Under the pieces are notes generated by a model, which saw only the letters and a list, made by a program, of their open reading frames with translations, made no database searches and was not told where the DNA came from. A DNA stretch of 64,000 nucleotides from an uncultured virus (IMG/VR IMGVR_UViG_2778261060_000013) (taxonomy: Duplodnaviria > Heunggongvirae > Uroviricota > Caudoviricetes), in IMG/VR virus record IMGVR_UViG_2778261060_000013. One strand, 5' to 3'. Within the stretch, counting starts at the first letter, position 1; the number at the start of each line of letters is the position of its first letter. The translations under genes were made by a program, and so were the position numbers. Shown here piece by piece: positions 39,295-51,248 of this stretch.

Positions 39295-40373
39295 TGAAAG
39301 AATTTAAACTAGATAAAATTAAAGCCACTGGCACGACGCTCGGAGACTTACATTTTCCGAAAGTGAGGTTGTTACTGCCTCTTGATGGGAGCAACGGGGC
39401 GACTGCCACGTCTGACTCTAGTAATGATAATAGAACTATAACTTTTGTAGGTTCTGATAGTGAAATTTCCACAGCACAAAGTAAATTTGGCGAGAGTAGT
39501 TTGTCAATAACCGGTGGTAGTAGCAGAATCACCACTCCCGGAACTAGTAACCTGAGCGCGACAGGAGATTTTACCATGGAAGTGTGGATTTACAATTCAA
39601 GCACTTCGGACTATCCATGCTTAATCACTAATGGTGCTTCTTCTAACGAATTAAGTCTATATTTGGCTAGCACAGCCTCTAACCAAATTCTTAGAATGTG
39701 GAATAACGGTTCCGTAACTAACTTTTCTACAACGCTACCTCAAAATCAGTGGTATCATTTTGCTCTAGTTAGAAGCGGAAGCACTGTAAAGTTATATGTA
39801 AACGGCACGGCGGATTCAACTACTAGAAGCGACTCGGGGACTTATGGATGGGGCAGCCAAAGCAACTTGCATATAGGGGGCTATCCGACAAGAACGGATT
39901 ATAATTTTGAAGGTTACCTAGATGATTTTCGCCTTACGGTTGGAACGGCTCGCTACACAACAAACTTCACCCCACCAACAACCGCTCATTTAACTTCGGC
40001 CGGAGACGTTAACAAACACATCGTCGTCAACTCGGACGCTGATGGGGTAGCGATTGGCACGGGTGGCATTAATCAAGCACGGATTGCTCATGCGTGGTGC
40101 AATTGGGACGGCACTCAAGCTGCCGCAAGTATGATAGACGGCTCTTATAACATATCAAGTATAACCGACAGCGGCACAGGAGACTATACTCTTAATTTTT
40201 CTACAGCAGCGTCAGATGCTAATTTTGCTGCAACTTCTTGTGGTATAGGGACTACAAATCAAAGTGATGTGCTTTGCCGCCCTTCGAGCGCATCTGCTAT
40301 TCGGCATTTCTCTAGACATAATGGATCAGCTTACGACAATCCTGATGCAGCAATAATAGTTTTCGGGAATTAA
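39294..40373 (+). CDS. LamG adhesin cassette 1
   Basis: GDxxFP/LPxDG start, LamG core, 37-aa hinge, KAW-type tip, ends FGN. Confidence 0.85.
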   Translation: MKEFKLDKIKATGTTLGDLHFPKVRLLLPLDGSNGATATSDSSNDNRTITFVGSDSEISTAQSKFGESSLSITGGSSRITTPGTSNLSATGDFTMEVWIYNSSTSDYPCLITNGASSNELSLYLASTASNQILRMWNNGSVTNFSTTLPQNQWYHFALVRSGSTVKLYVNGTADSTTRSDSGTYGWGSQSNLHIGGYPTRTDYNFEGYLDDFRLTVGTARYTTNFTPPTTAHLTSAGDVNKHIVVNSDADGVAIGTGGINQARIAHAWCNWDGTQAAASMIDGSYNISSITDSGTGDYTLNFSTAASDANFAATSCGIGTTNQSDVLCRPSSASAIRHFSRHNGSAYDNPDAAIIVFGN

Positions 40374-40376
40374 AAA

Positions 40377-41501
40377 ATGAATTTACAAAAATTAAGACTA
40401 GGACAACTGAAACCAGCGGACGGAGCGACGACGCTTGGGGATGTGTATTATCCTCAAACTGTCCTACTGACACCTTTCGAGGGAACAAACGGTTCCACGT
40501 CTATTAGCGATTTAAGCACAAGGAACCACTCCTCAACTTTTAGCGGTAGCAGCCTTTCGATTTCTACATCTCAAAGTAAATTTGGATCAAGTAGCTTATT
40601 TCATAATAATCAAAGCTCGACTACCGACCACGTAAGTTTGGGATCAAATAGCGACTTTTTAATAAATCAAAATACAGAATACACTCTTGAATTTTGGTAT
40701 CGTGCTTTAGATACTACTGCTAATATCCCCTTTCTTGGTTATGGAACATACAGTAGCGCTATTCAATTCCAAATGTACGCTACTGGAGATGGAGCCGTAA
40801 TTTTTAAGCAGGGTAGCGGGTCTTGGGGTTGGGGAAGTATAACTATTACGGGCGGAACCTTGACCGTAGATACTTGGAAGCATATAGCAGTAGTAAGAAA
40901 TGCCGGAACATTAACAGTATATGTGGATGGAACAAGCGTTGGAAGTGCGAGCACGGCAAATTGGGGAGGTAGTACAGGGACGCTGAGAATTGGGACTTAC
41001 TTTGGAAATTCACGAGTTGGTTATTTTTATATGGATGATCTTCGGATCACTAAAGGTATCGCTCGTTACACTGGTAATTTTACCCCGCCAACAACCGCCC
41101 ATTTAACTTCCTCCGGAGACGCAAATAAACAAATCGTCGTCAACTCCGATGCGGATGGAGTGGCAATCGGAACTGGCGGCATTAACCAAGCGCGGGTTGC
41201 GAAAGCGTGGGTTAGATTTGATCAGACGGGGAGTCAGTCTATAGACTCTAGCTATAATATATCAAGTGTAACTGATACAAATACAGGAATAAGCACTTTA
41301 AATTTTTCAACAGCGATGAGTGACGCAAACTACTCTGTCGTCGCTACTGGCGGAAGCACTAATGCAAGATATTATGCTAGTACATGGTCAATAGGAACAA
41401 GTAGTTTTCAGGTAAGAAATTTTTCAGTTTATAATGGAAGCTCTTTAGGAGAGCATTATATAGATAGAGCAGATTGCTCAGCAATAGTTTTCGGAAATTA
41501 A
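40377..41501 (+). CDS. LamG adhesin cassette 2
   Basis: Same architecture as cassette 1. Confidence 0.85.
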   Translation: MNLQKLRLGQLKPADGATTLGDVYYPQTVLLTPFEGTNGSTSISDLSTRNHSSTFSGSSLSISTSQSKFGSSSLFHNNQSSTTDHVSLGSNSDFLINQNTEYTLEFWYRALDTTANIPFLGYGTYSSAIQFQMYATGDGAVIFKQGSGSWGWGSITITGGTLTVDTWKHIAVVRNAGTLTVYVDGTSVGSASTANWGGSTGTLRIGTYFGNSRVGYFYMDDLRITKGIARYTGNFTPPTTAHLTSSGDANKQIVVNSDADGVAIGTGGINQARVAKAWVRFDQTGSQSIDSSYNISSVTDTNTGISTLNFSTAMSDANYSVVATGGSTNARYYASTWSIGTSSFQVRNFSVYNGSSLGEHYIDRADCSAIVFGN

Positions 41502-41527
41502 AAAAAAGTGTAATTAAACTCTAAGGA

Positions 41528-44500
41528 ATGGCAACGGAAATTAAAAAGTTAAGACCGGAAAGTATAAGGACCACAGGTGCATCGGCTAATGACGTGCTCA
41601 CTATTAGTGGCGGCGAAACAGTTTTCGCAAATGAACTTTCTTTGTCTGGCTTGAATATCGGCACTTCTGAGTCGGTAGCTGGTAAAAAACTCAATATAGT
41701 TGGTGATGTAGAGATTTCCGGAACTCTTTTCCAAAGCGGTGATATTTTCACTTCAAGCCCAGATTTAACCCAATCTGGATTCCTTACCGAAGAAAGTACT
41801 TCTGGTACATACTCTACTCAATTTAATGTAACTGCAGGAGGAGGTGTCTATTACGTAAGTGAGATAACTGCGGGAAGCCATACAACAACTTCACAAGTTC
41901 AACAGTTGGAGCTGTATTTACAAAGAGGAAACTCCTACAAATTTACTACTGACTCCAGCACTAATGGCCATCCTCTTATTGTTGTTACCCAAGGCGGAGG
42001 AGGAGGTTATACATATGAGTACACTTCCGGGGTAACAAATTCCAGAGCTCAAAACGGCGGAATACTTTATTTCAGAGTTCCTCAATCTGCCCCTGACACT
42101 CTTTATTATCAATGTGGCGTTCATAGTAATATGGGCGCAGCTATCAATATCGTAGGGGCAAGTGGGGCTACGGGACCTACTGGACCTACTGGACCTACAG
42201 GTCCTACTGGCCCAACGGGTCCTACTGGACCAACTGGCCCAACCGGCCCTGCTGGCTCAGATGGCTCAGATGGAGCTACAGGACCAACCGGACCAACTGG
42301 GCCAACCGGACCAACTGGACCGACTGGGCCATCCGGAGCAACAGGTGCAACTGGTCCTGCAGGTCCTACAGGACCAACCGGTCCCACCGGCCCATCAGGC
42401 GCGACAGAAAACCTTTCTGCTTCAGGCTTTGTAGATTCATCGACAAATCAAACAATCGGTGGCAATAAGACTTTCATAAATGATGTTTCTATTAATAATT
42501 TAACTGTAACAGGAACTACGACGACAGTAAATACTACTGACCTTAATGTTAAAGATAATATAATTAAGATAAACAGCGGTGAGGCTGGCGCAGGTATTAG
42601 TTTAAATTCTGGAGGACTAGTAATAGATAGAGGTAGCGCTACTGATGCAAATATTTTATTTAATGATACTACTGATAGGTTTGAAGTAAACTTCCCTATA
42701 GCTACAGAAGGAACTTTAATACCGACTGCTTTTACTGGATTAACTGATACTCCCGGTTCAATTACAGCTGGGCAAGTTTTAGTAGGTAGCGGAAGTAGTA
42801 TTACTTTTTCTGGTACAGACGCTCTTGTTGGCCCAGCAGGATCTACGGGTCCGACTGGACCAACGGGACCAACAGGTCCTAGCGGCGCAACTGGCGCAGC
42901 TGGCTCGACTGGCCCTACTGGCCCTACTGGTCCAACAGGGCCTACAGGTCCAACAGGCCCAACGGGTCCGACTGGGCCTGCGGGAGCAGGTGGAGGCGGA
43001 GGAGCTTCGGCAACTCTAACCTCAGATACTTTTACAGCTAACGGAGCGCTTACTGGATTTTCACTTTCTCTTACTCCTTCAGGAGTAAACAGTATATTAG
43101 TAAGTATTGGTGGCATACTTCAAACCCCAACTACAAACTATGTATTAGATGGTAGCACTCTTAATTTAACAAGTGCACCTCCTTCTGGAGCAGAAATAGA
43201 AGTAAGAAATTTAGACTATCAAGGTGCTAGTGGCGCGACTGGCGCAACTGGTCCAGCCGGTCCGACAGGCCCAACGGGTCCTACCGGCCCAGCGGGTGCG
43301 ACTGGCCCTAGTGGCGCGACAGGCGCTACAGGTCCCGCCGGTCCCGCCGGAGCAGACGGCGCAACAGTAACTGGCGTCGGGATAGCTTTCAGTCAAACTT
43401 TTACAGGTGACGGAACTACAGCAAATTACGCTCTTAATGCAGGGATTAACACTACTAAAGACGTATTAGTTTCAATTCAAGGATACGTTCAAACTCCAGA
43501 TATAGATTATACTTTATTAGGGACTACAGGAATATCCTTTAGCACGGGTGTTATGAATGGGCATGAAGTAAACATTCGTCATCTTGCTATGGGGCCAAGC
43601 GGCGTTGCGGGAGCGACAGGTCCAACAGGCCCAGCGGGTTCGACAGGGCCTAGCGGTGCGACTGGCGCGGCTGGCCCAACGGGTCCAACAGGCCCTGCAG
43701 GTTCAACTGGTCCGACTGGCCCAACTGGTCCTACGGGGCCAACCGGTCCCACCGGCCCATCAGGAGCGACAGAAAATTTGTCTGCTTCTGGCTTTATAAC
43801 AACTGGAGACACAGGGAATTTTGCTGATACGACCATATTAGAAAGTTTTTCTCAGGGGTTAAACGTTGGTACTAGTTCTAATTTAGCAAGCAGAAAATTG
43901 CACGTCGTTGGTGACGTAGAGATTTCAGGAACTATCTTCCAAAGTGGCTCAGTATTTGAAGGCGGCGGTGGAGGCGGTGGCTCATCTACTTTCGTAGGGT
44001 TAAGTGATACCCCGGGAAGCTTTACAGCCAATAAATATGTTAGAGTTAATTCGGCAGGCAACGCTTTAGAATTTACAGAAACTGTTGGAGGTATAAATAG
44101 TACTGATATTTTCACAGGAGATGGATCAGTTTCAGGATTTTTGCTAACTCCTACCGCAGTCACTTCTACAAAAGATTTACTAGTATCTATAAATGGTGTT
44201 CTTCAAAGACCAGATACTGACTATAGTATTGTAGGTAATACTGGATTATTTTTTAATACTAGTGTTACTAGTGGGTATTTTGTAGAGGCTAGGCATATAG
44301 TTGGAGTGAGCGGCGCGGCAGGTCCAGCGGGTCCAGCGGGTCCAGCGGGTCCATCGGGCGCAAGCGTAACTGGCGTGGGAATAGCTTTTGATCAGTCTTA
44401 TACAGGCAACGGGTCAACTACTAACTATGCTTTATCTAGCAGCGTTTCTCATGTTAGGGACTTGTTGGTAGTAGTTGAGGGCATGGTCCAATCTCCAACT

Positions 44501-46450
44501 ATAGATTATACTTTAACTGGTAATACAGGCATAGTTTTTACCACCGGAGTTCCAAGCGGGCAAGAATTAAATATTCGTCATCTTGCGATGGGACCGAGCG
44601 GTGTGGCAGGCCCAACGGGTCCGACCGGCCCAGCAGGTTCCACAGGTCCAAGTGGAGCGGATGGGGCTGCGGGGCCAACTGGACCTACAGGTCCTACGGG
44701 TCCGACTGGCCCTAGTGGCGCGACAGGCGCTACAGGTCCCGCCGGTCCCGCCGGAGCAGACGGCGCAACAGTAACTGGTGTTGGGATAGCTTTTAGCCAA
44801 ACATTTACAGGTGACGGAGCTACATCAAATTATGCTCTTAGCGCAGGAGTCAGTGCTACTAAAGACATACTGGTAACAATTCAAGGATTTGCTCAAACGC
44901 CTGACATAGATTATAACTTATTAGGGACAACTGGTATTTCTTTTAATGGAAGTATAATAAGTGGACAAGAAGTTAATGTTAGACATCTTGCAATGGGGCC
45001 AAGCGGCGTTGCGGGAGCGACAGGTCCAACAGGCCCAGCGGGTTCGACAGGGCCAAGTGGCGCGACTGGCGCGGCTGGCCCTACCGGTCCGACCGGCCCT
45101 ACCGGCCCTACCGGTCCGACTGGCCCAAGTGGCGCTACTGGTCCTACGGGTCCGACTGGGCCAACGGGTCCTACTGGCCCTTCAGCCGCCGCCGCTGTCG
45201 AAGGAACGGGAGTTTCTGGCTATGTGGCAAGGTGGGCTAGCGCCGATACTTTAACAAGTGGAGCGCTTTTTGATAATGGAACGAATGTTAGTATAGGAAC
45301 AACAAACGCTAAAGATAAATTTCATGTAAATGGTGGTAATATAATGATTACTGACACTTCGCCAGAACTCACTTTTGAAACGTCTAATAGTAGTCATTAC
45401 AACTGGCAAATTGCCGCTCAAGAAAATGTAAGTGATACTCTAGAGTTTTCTGTTGGTAGCGCTGACGCAGATGCATCAAACGACACATTTTCGCCAAAAA
45501 TGGTTATTGCACAGGGAGGCAATATTGGCATAAATCAGACAAATCCGCAAAGAAGGCTCCACGTCGTTGGCGATGTAGAAATTTCAGGAACTATATTCCA
45601 AAGCGGCTCTGTATTTGAAGGAGGCGGAGGCGGAGGAGGCGGATCGTCTACGTTCGTTGGCTTGAGCGACACTCCTGCCAACTTTACAAGTTCTGCTAAT
45701 AAATTCTTAAGAGTTAACGCAGCAGCTAACGCAGTAGAGTTCGCAGACGGAAATGGATTGCTAGATATAACTAGCACGAAGTTCACAGGAGATGGATCAA
45801 CTTCAGGCTATGCTTTGTCTTCGACAGTCAACAGCGCTAGTAACCTAATTGTTACAGTTGGTGGTCTTGTTCAAACTCCAGTAGAAGATTATACAATAGT
45901 TGATGGCACTGGAGTATTTCTAGACGAAAATGTAGTAAGCGGAGCAGTAGTAGAAGTAAGAAAAATATCACAAAATTCTTTTTCTTCTGACGATTCTGTA
46001 GCAGATGCATTCACAGGAGACGGCTCAACTTCAGGCTTCGCTTTGTCATTTAGTCCTAATGATAAAGCCGCAAACGTACTTGTGTCTCTTAATGGCATTA
46101 TTCAGCAACCAGATACGGCGTATGTAGTAAATGGGACTACTCTTAATTTTGCTTCTGGCACTGTAGCAAGCGGAGATGTAATTGATGCTAGACATATAAC
46201 AATTGGCCAGTCTGGCGCTTCCGCAGGTTCGGCGAGCATTAGCTATCATCAAGATATATTTACAGGTAACGGAGTCGTATCCGGCTTTTCAATGGGAAGA
46301 ACAGTTTCTAATATTCTAGAAACAACTGTATTTGTAAATGGCTTAGCTCAGATATCTGACGTAAACTATTTTGTAGATGGAACAGGGTTGACTTTTGCTT
46401 CTGGTGATATAGCCAGCGGCGATTTAATAATGGTTAGACATGTATACTAA
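41528..46450 (+). CDS. Collagen-like scaffold fibre with eight FTGDG domains and a cupredoxin-like domain
   Basis: 1640 aa; multiple (GPT)n tracts between repeated ~70-aa domains. Confidence 0.85.
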   Translation: MATEIKKLRPESIRTTGASANDVLTISGGETVFANELSLSGLNIGTSESVAGKKLNIVGDVEISGTLFQSGDIFTSSPDLTQSGFLTEESTSGTYSTQFNVTAGGGVYYVSEITAGSHTTTSQVQQLELYLQRGNSYKFTTDSSTNGHPLIVVTQGGGGGYTYEYTSGVTNSRAQNGGILYFRVPQSAPDTLYYQCGVHSNMGAAINIVGASGATGPTGPTGPTGPTGPTGPTGPTGPTGPAGSDGSDGATGPTGPTGPTGPTGPTGPSGATGATGPAGPTGPTGPTGPSGATENLSASGFVDSSTNQTIGGNKTFINDVSINNLTVTGTTTTVNTTDLNVKDNIIKINSGEAGAGISLNSGGLVIDRGSATDANILFNDTTDRFEVNFPIATEGTLIPTAFTGLTDTPGSITAGQVLVGSGSSITFSGTDALVGPAGSTGPTGPTGPTGPSGATGAAGSTGPTGPTGPTGPTGPTGPTGPTGPAGAGGGGGASATLTSDTFTANGALTGFSLSLTPSGVNSILVSIGGILQTPTTNYVLDGSTLNLTSAPPSGAEIEVRNLDYQGASGATGATGPAGPTGPTGPTGPAGATGPSGATGATGPAGPAGADGATVTGVGIAFSQTFTGDGTTANYALNAGINTTKDVLVSIQGYVQTPDIDYTLLGTTGISFSTGVMNGHEVNIRHLAMGPSGVAGATGPTGPAGSTGPSGATGAAGPTGPTGPAGSTGPTGPTGPTGPTGPTGPSGATENLSASGFITTGDTGNFADTTILESFSQGLNVGTSSNLASRKLHVVGDVEISGTIFQSGSVFEGGGGGGGSSTFVGLSDTPGSFTANKYVRVNSAGNALEFTETVGGINSTDIFTGDGSVSGFLLTPTAVTSTKDLLVSINGVLQRPDTDYSIVGNTGLFFNTSVTSGYFVEARHIVGVSGAAGPAGPAGPAGPSGASVTGVGIAFDQSYTGNGSTTNYALSSSVSHVRDLLVVVEGMVQSPTIDYTLTGNTGIVFTTGVPSGQELNIRHLAMGPSGVAGPTGPTGPAGSTGPSGADGAAGPTGPTGPTGPTGPSGATGATGPAGPAGADGATVTGVGIAFSQTFTGDGATSNYALSAGVSATKDILVTIQGFAQTPDIDYNLLGTTGISFNGSIISGQEVNVRHLAMGPSGVAGATGPTGPAGSTGPSGATGAAGPTGPTGPTGPTGPTGPSGATGPTGPTGPTGPTGPSAAAAVEGTGVSGYVARWASADTLTSGALFDNGTNVSIGTTNAKDKFHVNGGNIMITDTSPELTFETSNSSHYNWQIAAQENVSDTLEFSVGSADADASNDTFSPKMVIAQGGNIGINQTNPQRRLHVVGDVEISGTIFQSGSVFEGGGGGGGGSSTFVGLSDTPANFTSSANKFLRVNAAANAVEFADGNGLLDITSTKFTGDGSTSGYALSSTVNSASNLIVTVGGLVQTPVEDYTIVDGTGVFLDENVVSGAVVEVRKISQNSFSSDDSVADAFTGDGSTSGFALSFSPNDKAANVLVSLNGIIQQPDTAYVVNGTTLNFASGTVASGDVIDARHITIGQSGASAGSASISYHQDIFTGNGVVSGFSMGRTVSNILETTVFVNGLAQISDVNYFVDGTGLTFASGDIASGDLIMVRHVY
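43299..45054 (+). repeat. Identical direct repeats at 1404-bp offset (43299-43374 = 44703-44778; 43589-43650 = 44993-45054)
   Basis: 76-bp and 62-bp matches read by eye in the collagen-coding flanks. Confidence 0.8.
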
Positions 46451-47559
46451 TGAAGTTACCTAAATTAACAAATTTATCAGTTACCGGAACGACGGTTGGA
46501 GATGTGCATTTTCCGAAAGTGAAGCTGTTGCTGCCTTTTGATGGTTCGAACGGCGCAACGTCAACTACTGATAGTAGCAACGCTAATAACTCAGTGACTT
46601 TTGTCGGTACTGCTCAGTTGTCTACGGCGCAAAGTAAGTTTGGTGGGAGTAGCCTTCTACTGGATGGTAATAGCGACTACATATATATAGCTAACGATGA
46701 CTTAGATTTTTCAAGTACTGAAAGTTTTACTCTTGAATTTTGGATCTATTTTAATGATATAGACGATGGAAATATAGTAAATTTTTACTCTGATTATTCT
46801 GGAGCCAGCAACGGAATGTCAATTGATAAGAGTACTAGTAATGTGCTTAGAGCTCACAATGGAGACTCGACCCGTATTACTGGAACAACAACAGTTTCAG
46901 CTGGCCAATGGTATCACATAGCGCTGTCTGGTACTTCTGGGAGTTATAAATTATTTCTAAACGGAACTCAAGAAGGTAGCACTAGCAGTAACGGCTTCAC
47001 AGGCGGCACTACTAATAAGTATATAGGGACTTTCTATTGGGCAGGTCTAGGAGGGGCTGTTCGTCTTGTAAACGGGTATATTGAAGATTTTCGTATCACG
47101 AAAGGTGAAGCACGCTATACTTCAAACTTCACCCCGCCGACTTCCGCCCATTTAACTTCCGCCGGAGACGTTAACAAGCACATCGTTGTAAACTCGGGCG
47201 CTGACGGCGTGGCGATAGGAACTGGCGGCATTTCTCAAGCGCGGATTGCGAAAGCGTGGGCTGATATTGATGGAAGTCAAGCGGCGGCGAACATGATTGC
47301 GTCAAGTTATAACATCAGCAGTATAACCGATAATGCCACAGGGGTATTTTCATTTAACTTTTCGACAGCTATGACCGACGCTAACTATAGCGCTGTAACA
47401 AGCCTCGGATTAGATGGCGGACTCGCTACCTCTGTAGCTAGTTGTAAATTACAAGACAAGACAACTGCCTTAACTAAAGTAAGATGTACTTATCGTAGTT
47501 CAGGAGCAGCAACTGATTATGATTATAATATTATATGTTTGATAGTTTTTGGGAATTAA
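46450..47559 (+). CDS. LamG adhesin cassette 3
   Basis: Same architecture as cassette 1. Confidence 0.85.
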   Translation: MKLPKLTNLSVTGTTVGDVHFPKVKLLLPFDGSNGATSTTDSSNANNSVTFVGTAQLSTAQSKFGGSSLLLDGNSDYIYIANDDLDFSSTESFTLEFWIYFNDIDDGNIVNFYSDYSGASNGMSIDKSTSNVLRAHNGDSTRITGTTTVSAGQWYHIALSGTSGSYKLFLNGTQEGSTSSNGFTGGTTNKYIGTFYWAGLGGAVRLVNGYIEDFRITKGEARYTSNFTPPTSAHLTSAGDVNKHIVVNSGADGVAIGTGGISQARIAKAWADIDGSQAAANMIASSYNISSITDNATGVFSFNFSTAMTDANYSAVTSLGLDGGLATSVASCKLQDKTTALTKVRCTYRSSGAATDYDYNIICLIVFGN

Positions 47560-47565
47560 AAAAAT

Positions 47566-48732
47566 ATGGCTTTATCAAAATTAAGACTAGGACAGTTAAA
47601 ACCAGCCGACGGATCAACGACGGTTGGAGATGTTTACTTCCCTCAGACAAGTTTATTGTTGCCTTTTGATGGGTCGGACGCAGCCACTAGCACTAGTGAC
47701 TTAAGTAACAGAAATGCAACTGTTACTTTTGCTGGCACGGCTCAATTATCTACTGGACAAAGTAAATTTGGCGGATCCAGTTTGCTATTAGATGGTAACA
47801 GCGACTATGTATCAATTTCTGACAGCTATTGGAATACCGCTTTCGACAGTGGAGATTTTACTGTTGAATGTTGGGTAAGATTTGATTCGGGAGTTCTTGA
47901 TGGCTCCACTTCTGTTGAATTTATGGCGACTAGGGGAAACAGCGGCGGTTCATCAACTAATGGCTGGGGCCTTAGGAAGTATAATGATAATTTTATAGCT
48001 TGGTATATGCGTATAGGTAGTAGCTGGGTTTATCTTAATTATTCTCAAGGAACTAAAACAACCGTATCAGCGGACACTTGGTATCACGTTGCGGTAACAA
48101 GAAGTGGTAATACTTGGAAACTATTTTTAAATGGAACAGCCGAAGATACAATCACTAATTCAGGCAGCATAACTTCTGCCAATGGCGATAGATTCGTTAT
48201 AGGAGCCTTGGCTGGCGGCAACTTCAGTGGAGATCTCTATATGGATGGCTATATAGAGGACGTTAGAGTCACTATAGGACATGCTCGTTATACTTCAAAT
48301 TTCACAGCGCCAACTTCTGCACACTTAACTTCCGCCGGAGACGTCAACAAACACATCGTCGTCAACTCGGACGCTGATGGAGTGGCGATCGGCACGGGTG
48401 GGATAAACCAAGCGCGGATCGCGAAAGCGTGGGCAGAGTTTGATGGGTCAGGTATTACTCTAAACGCATCTTATAACGTAAGCAGTATTACTGATCATGG
48501 TAATAGAGATTATACTATAAACTTTGGTACAGCAATGGCAGACACAAATTATAGTATAGTAGGATCAAACATAGGGCAAAGCTCATCCATTTCGTATTAT
48601 TGGTCTGTGGTCACATCGAGCGGGAATGCAAAAACCACAAGCGGAGTAAGAATAAATATACCACATATTGAGGACAGTAGTTTGACAAGTAACGACCCAG
48701 ACGCAGTAAACGTAATAGCCTTCGGCAATTAA
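47566..48732 (+). CDS. LamG adhesin cassette 4
   Basis: Same architecture as cassette 1. Confidence 0.85.
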   Translation: MALSKLRLGQLKPADGSTTVGDVYFPQTSLLLPFDGSDAATSTSDLSNRNATVTFAGTAQLSTGQSKFGGSSLLLDGNSDYVSISDSYWNTAFDSGDFTVECWVRFDSGVLDGSTSVEFMATRGNSGGSSTNGWGLRKYNDNFIAWYMRIGSSWVYLNYSQGTKTTVSADTWYHVAVTRSGNTWKLFLNGTAEDTITNSGSITSANGDRFVIGALAGGNFSGDLYMDGYIEDVRVTIGHARYTSNFTAPTSAHLTSAGDVNKHIVVNSDADGVAIGTGGINQARIAKAWAEFDGSGITLNASYNVSSITDHGNRDYTINFGTAMADTNYSIVGSNIGQSSSISYYWSVVTSSGNAKTTSGVRINIPHIEDSSLTSNDPDAVNVIAFGN

Positions 48733-48734
48733 AA

Positions 48735-49892
48735 ATGAAAAAGTTACCAATAGATTATTTAGGAGCTTTTGGATCGACAGTTGGAGACGTACATTTTCCG
48801 AAAGTTAAATGGCTGTCGCCTTTCGATGGAACGAACGGCGCGACGACAACGACTGACTCGAGCAACTCTAACTCTTCATTAACTTTGCAAGGTTCAACTC
48901 AGATTTCTACAGCACAAAGCAAATTCGGCGGTAGTAGTATGTATGTGCCAAACAGTGCTCAACAAGGAGTTTACGCTAATGTTGCTGGGACTACAGTTAA
49001 TTTAACGGGAGACTTTACTATTGAATGGTGGATAAGAAGAGTGCAGGTTTCGTATGCTAATAGTATGGCGCAACTAATATATGGAATGCCATTGGCAGAC
49101 GATTTAACCGGATATGCTATGGTAGTAGGATACTATGGTTCAAGCGCAAGCACGACTCAGGGTCTTATGTATGTTAGTAGTAATGGATCTAGTTGGAACG
49201 TGGCTTCAGCAGTTCAACTTGGTACCGGCAGCTTAGGGACTGTTGGTCAATGGGTGCATATGGCATTGGTCAGATCTGGTTCTGACTGGAGTTATTATGT
49301 TGATGGTACAAGGACTTACACTGGGTCTCTTGGTTCTGCTACAATATCGACTCCCGGAAGCTACATGTACCTAGGTAGAGCTTGGGGCGACGTAAGCTCA
49401 ATGGAAGCTTACTACGATGACTTTAGGGTTACTCAAGGGCTTGCTCGATACACCGGAGCCTCTTTTACAGTTCCTACTACAGCGCATCTGACTTCGGCTG
49501 GAGACGTCAATAAGCAGATCGTCGTCAACTCGGACGCGGACGGTGTAGCGATTGGCACAGGCGGAATAAACCAAGCGCGGGTTGCGAAAGCTTGGATAAA
49601 CTTTAACGGGTCTGGAACAGTTGCTATAAGAGATAGTTATAATTTCAGCAGCTTGACTGACGATGGAACAGGCTTGTATAAAGCTAATTTTTCTACCGTT
49701 ATGTCTGATACTAATTATTCGTTCGTGGCCGAGTCATGTGGCACATTAAATGGTATAAATAATGAAAACGGGTTTACAAACCACGCGAGGAGAGCTGCCA
49801 TGTCTACAGATTATATTGGAATAGGCACTAGTGCACACGACGGTACTTTTTATGACGCTACGATAGTAATGGCGCAAGTTTTCGGGAATTAA
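48735..49892 (+). CDS. LamG adhesin cassette 5
   Basis: Same architecture as cassette 1. Confidence 0.85.
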   Translation: MKKLPIDYLGAFGSTVGDVHFPKVKWLSPFDGTNGATTTTDSSNSNSSLTLQGSTQISTAQSKFGGSSMYVPNSAQQGVYANVAGTTVNLTGDFTIEWWIRRVQVSYANSMAQLIYGMPLADDLTGYAMVVGYYGSSASTTQGLMYVSSNGSSWNVASAVQLGTGSLGTVGQWVHMALVRSGSDWSYYVDGTRTYTGSLGSATISTPGSYMYLGRAWGDVSSMEAYYDDFRVTQGLARYTGASFTVPTTAHLTSAGDVNKQIVVNSDADGVAIGTGGINQARVAKAWINFNGSGTVAIRDSYNFSSLTDDGTGLYKANFSTVMSDTNYSFVAESCGTLNGINNENGFTNHARRAAMSTDYIGIGTSAHDGTFYDATIVMAQVFGN

Positions 49893-49895
49893 AAA

Positions 49896-51032
49896 ATGAA
49901 TATAACTAAACCAAGATTAGATCAATTTAAAATAACCGGAAGCACGGTTGGAGATTTGTATTTTCCGAACGTCATCTTTCTTGCCAAGTTTGATGGCTCA
50001 AATGGCAGCACCAGCATCACAGATTCCAGCAACAAAAATAATTCAATAACTGTAAACGGAGGCGCTCAAATTTCGACGGCGGCTAGTAAGTTCGGCGGGA
50101 GTAGTCTTAAACTTGACTATGAAAATGCTGGGACAGGAGATAGATTAGTTGCCGATACAGTGGCGGATAATTTAACGTCAACTACTCATACTATAGAGTT
50201 TTGGTTTAAAACTGATATGGCAGATGGTCATATCACTAGCCAAAATCCTGCCTTTTTTGGATTTAATGATGCTGGTAGCAGTTACGATAATAGACTCGTA
50301 CTACTAATGTATAGCAAAACCGAACTTCGCTTTTATCGTGGCGTTAGTTATACAGCTTTGACAGTCAGCGCTTTAAATGATGACGCATGGCATCATATAG
50401 CAATTGTTTCTGACGGAACAGATTATGATATATATTTAGATGGCAGCAGAATAAGTTCAGATGCAGGGGATTCTAGGCAAATAAATTCAAACGATACTTT
50501 TATTATCGGCGCAGAACTGGATTCTGGTCCAAGTACAGGTAATTATTTTAGCGGCTATATAGATGATTTTAGAATTACTAACGCAGTAGCTAGATATAGT
50601 GGAGCTTCTTTCGCTTTACCTACAACGCATCTGACTTCCGAGGGAGATGTCAATAAACACATCGTCGTCAACTCCGATGCGGATGGAGTGGCGATTGGAA
50701 CAGGCGGCATTAACCAAGCGCGGATTGCAAAAGCATGGATAAATCTTGACTCAACTCAAGCAGCAGCAAGTATGATAAGGGAAAGCTATAATGTTAGTAG
50801 CATGACGGACACAGCTACAGGCAGATATACTATTAATTTTTCGACTGCTTTATCTAATGCAAACTATTGTTTTGCAGGTAGCGCAGGAAATAATGCGAGC
50901 ACAACTACAAACGGTAGGGACATTACAAATGACGGGACAAGAACAACTTCTGCATTGCCGATAAGAGTGACTCGTGACAATGACGTAGCCGTAGAAGATT
51001 CTTATGTAGGAATAATAGTTTTCGGGAATTAA
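49896..51032 (+). CDS. LamG adhesin cassette 6
   Basis: Same architecture as cassette 1. Confidence 0.85.
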   Translation: MNITKPRLDQFKITGSTVGDLYFPNVIFLAKFDGSNGSTSITDSSNKNNSITVNGGAQISTAASKFGGSSLKLDYENAGTGDRLVADTVADNLTSTTHTIEFWFKTDMADGHITSQNPAFFGFNDAGSSYDNRLVLLMYSKTELRFYRGVSYTALTVSALNDDAWHHIAIVSDGTDYDIYLDGSRISSDAGDSRQINSNDTFIIGAELDSGPSTGNYFSGYIDDFRITNAVARYSGASFALPTTHLTSEGDVNKHIVVNSDADGVAIGTGGINQARIAKAWINLDSTQAAASMIRESYNVSSMTDTATGRYTINFSTALSNANYCFAGSAGNNASTTTNGRDITNDGTRTTSALPIRVTRDNDVAVEDSYVGIIVFGN

Positions 51033-51035
51033 AAA

Positions 51036-51248
51036 ATGAAAAAAATTTTACTAACTTTTACTTTAATTTTCTCCGGTTGTTCAACCGTAGACGATCAAGG
51101 TAGGTTGGAAAAAGTCAGAATCGCCGTACCAGCTTTCTTCCAAATAGAAATGGACTACTATAAAGATAAAGAGAACAAAGGCAAGGGAAGTGTAAGTACT
51201 GATACTGTTAACGGTTATCCTAAATTAATGGACATGATAAGAAAATGA
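51036..51248 (+). CDS. Small lipoprotein inside the cassette array
   Basis: MKKILLTFTLIFSGC lipobox. Confidence 0.75.
   Translation: MKKILLTFTLIFSGCSTVDDQGRLEKVRIAVPAFFQIEMDYYKDKENKGKGSVSTDTVNGYPKLMDMIRK

Noticed and set aside
33880..45180. CRISPR-like or satellite repeats
   Set aside because: The 9-nt periodic tracts are in-frame Gly-Pro-Thr collagen codons, with no repeat-spacer structure
32552..46252. Minus-strand GPV/GPA-repeat ORFs within the fibre genes
   Set aside because: Mirror images of the collagen and Gly/Thr-rich sense-strand codons
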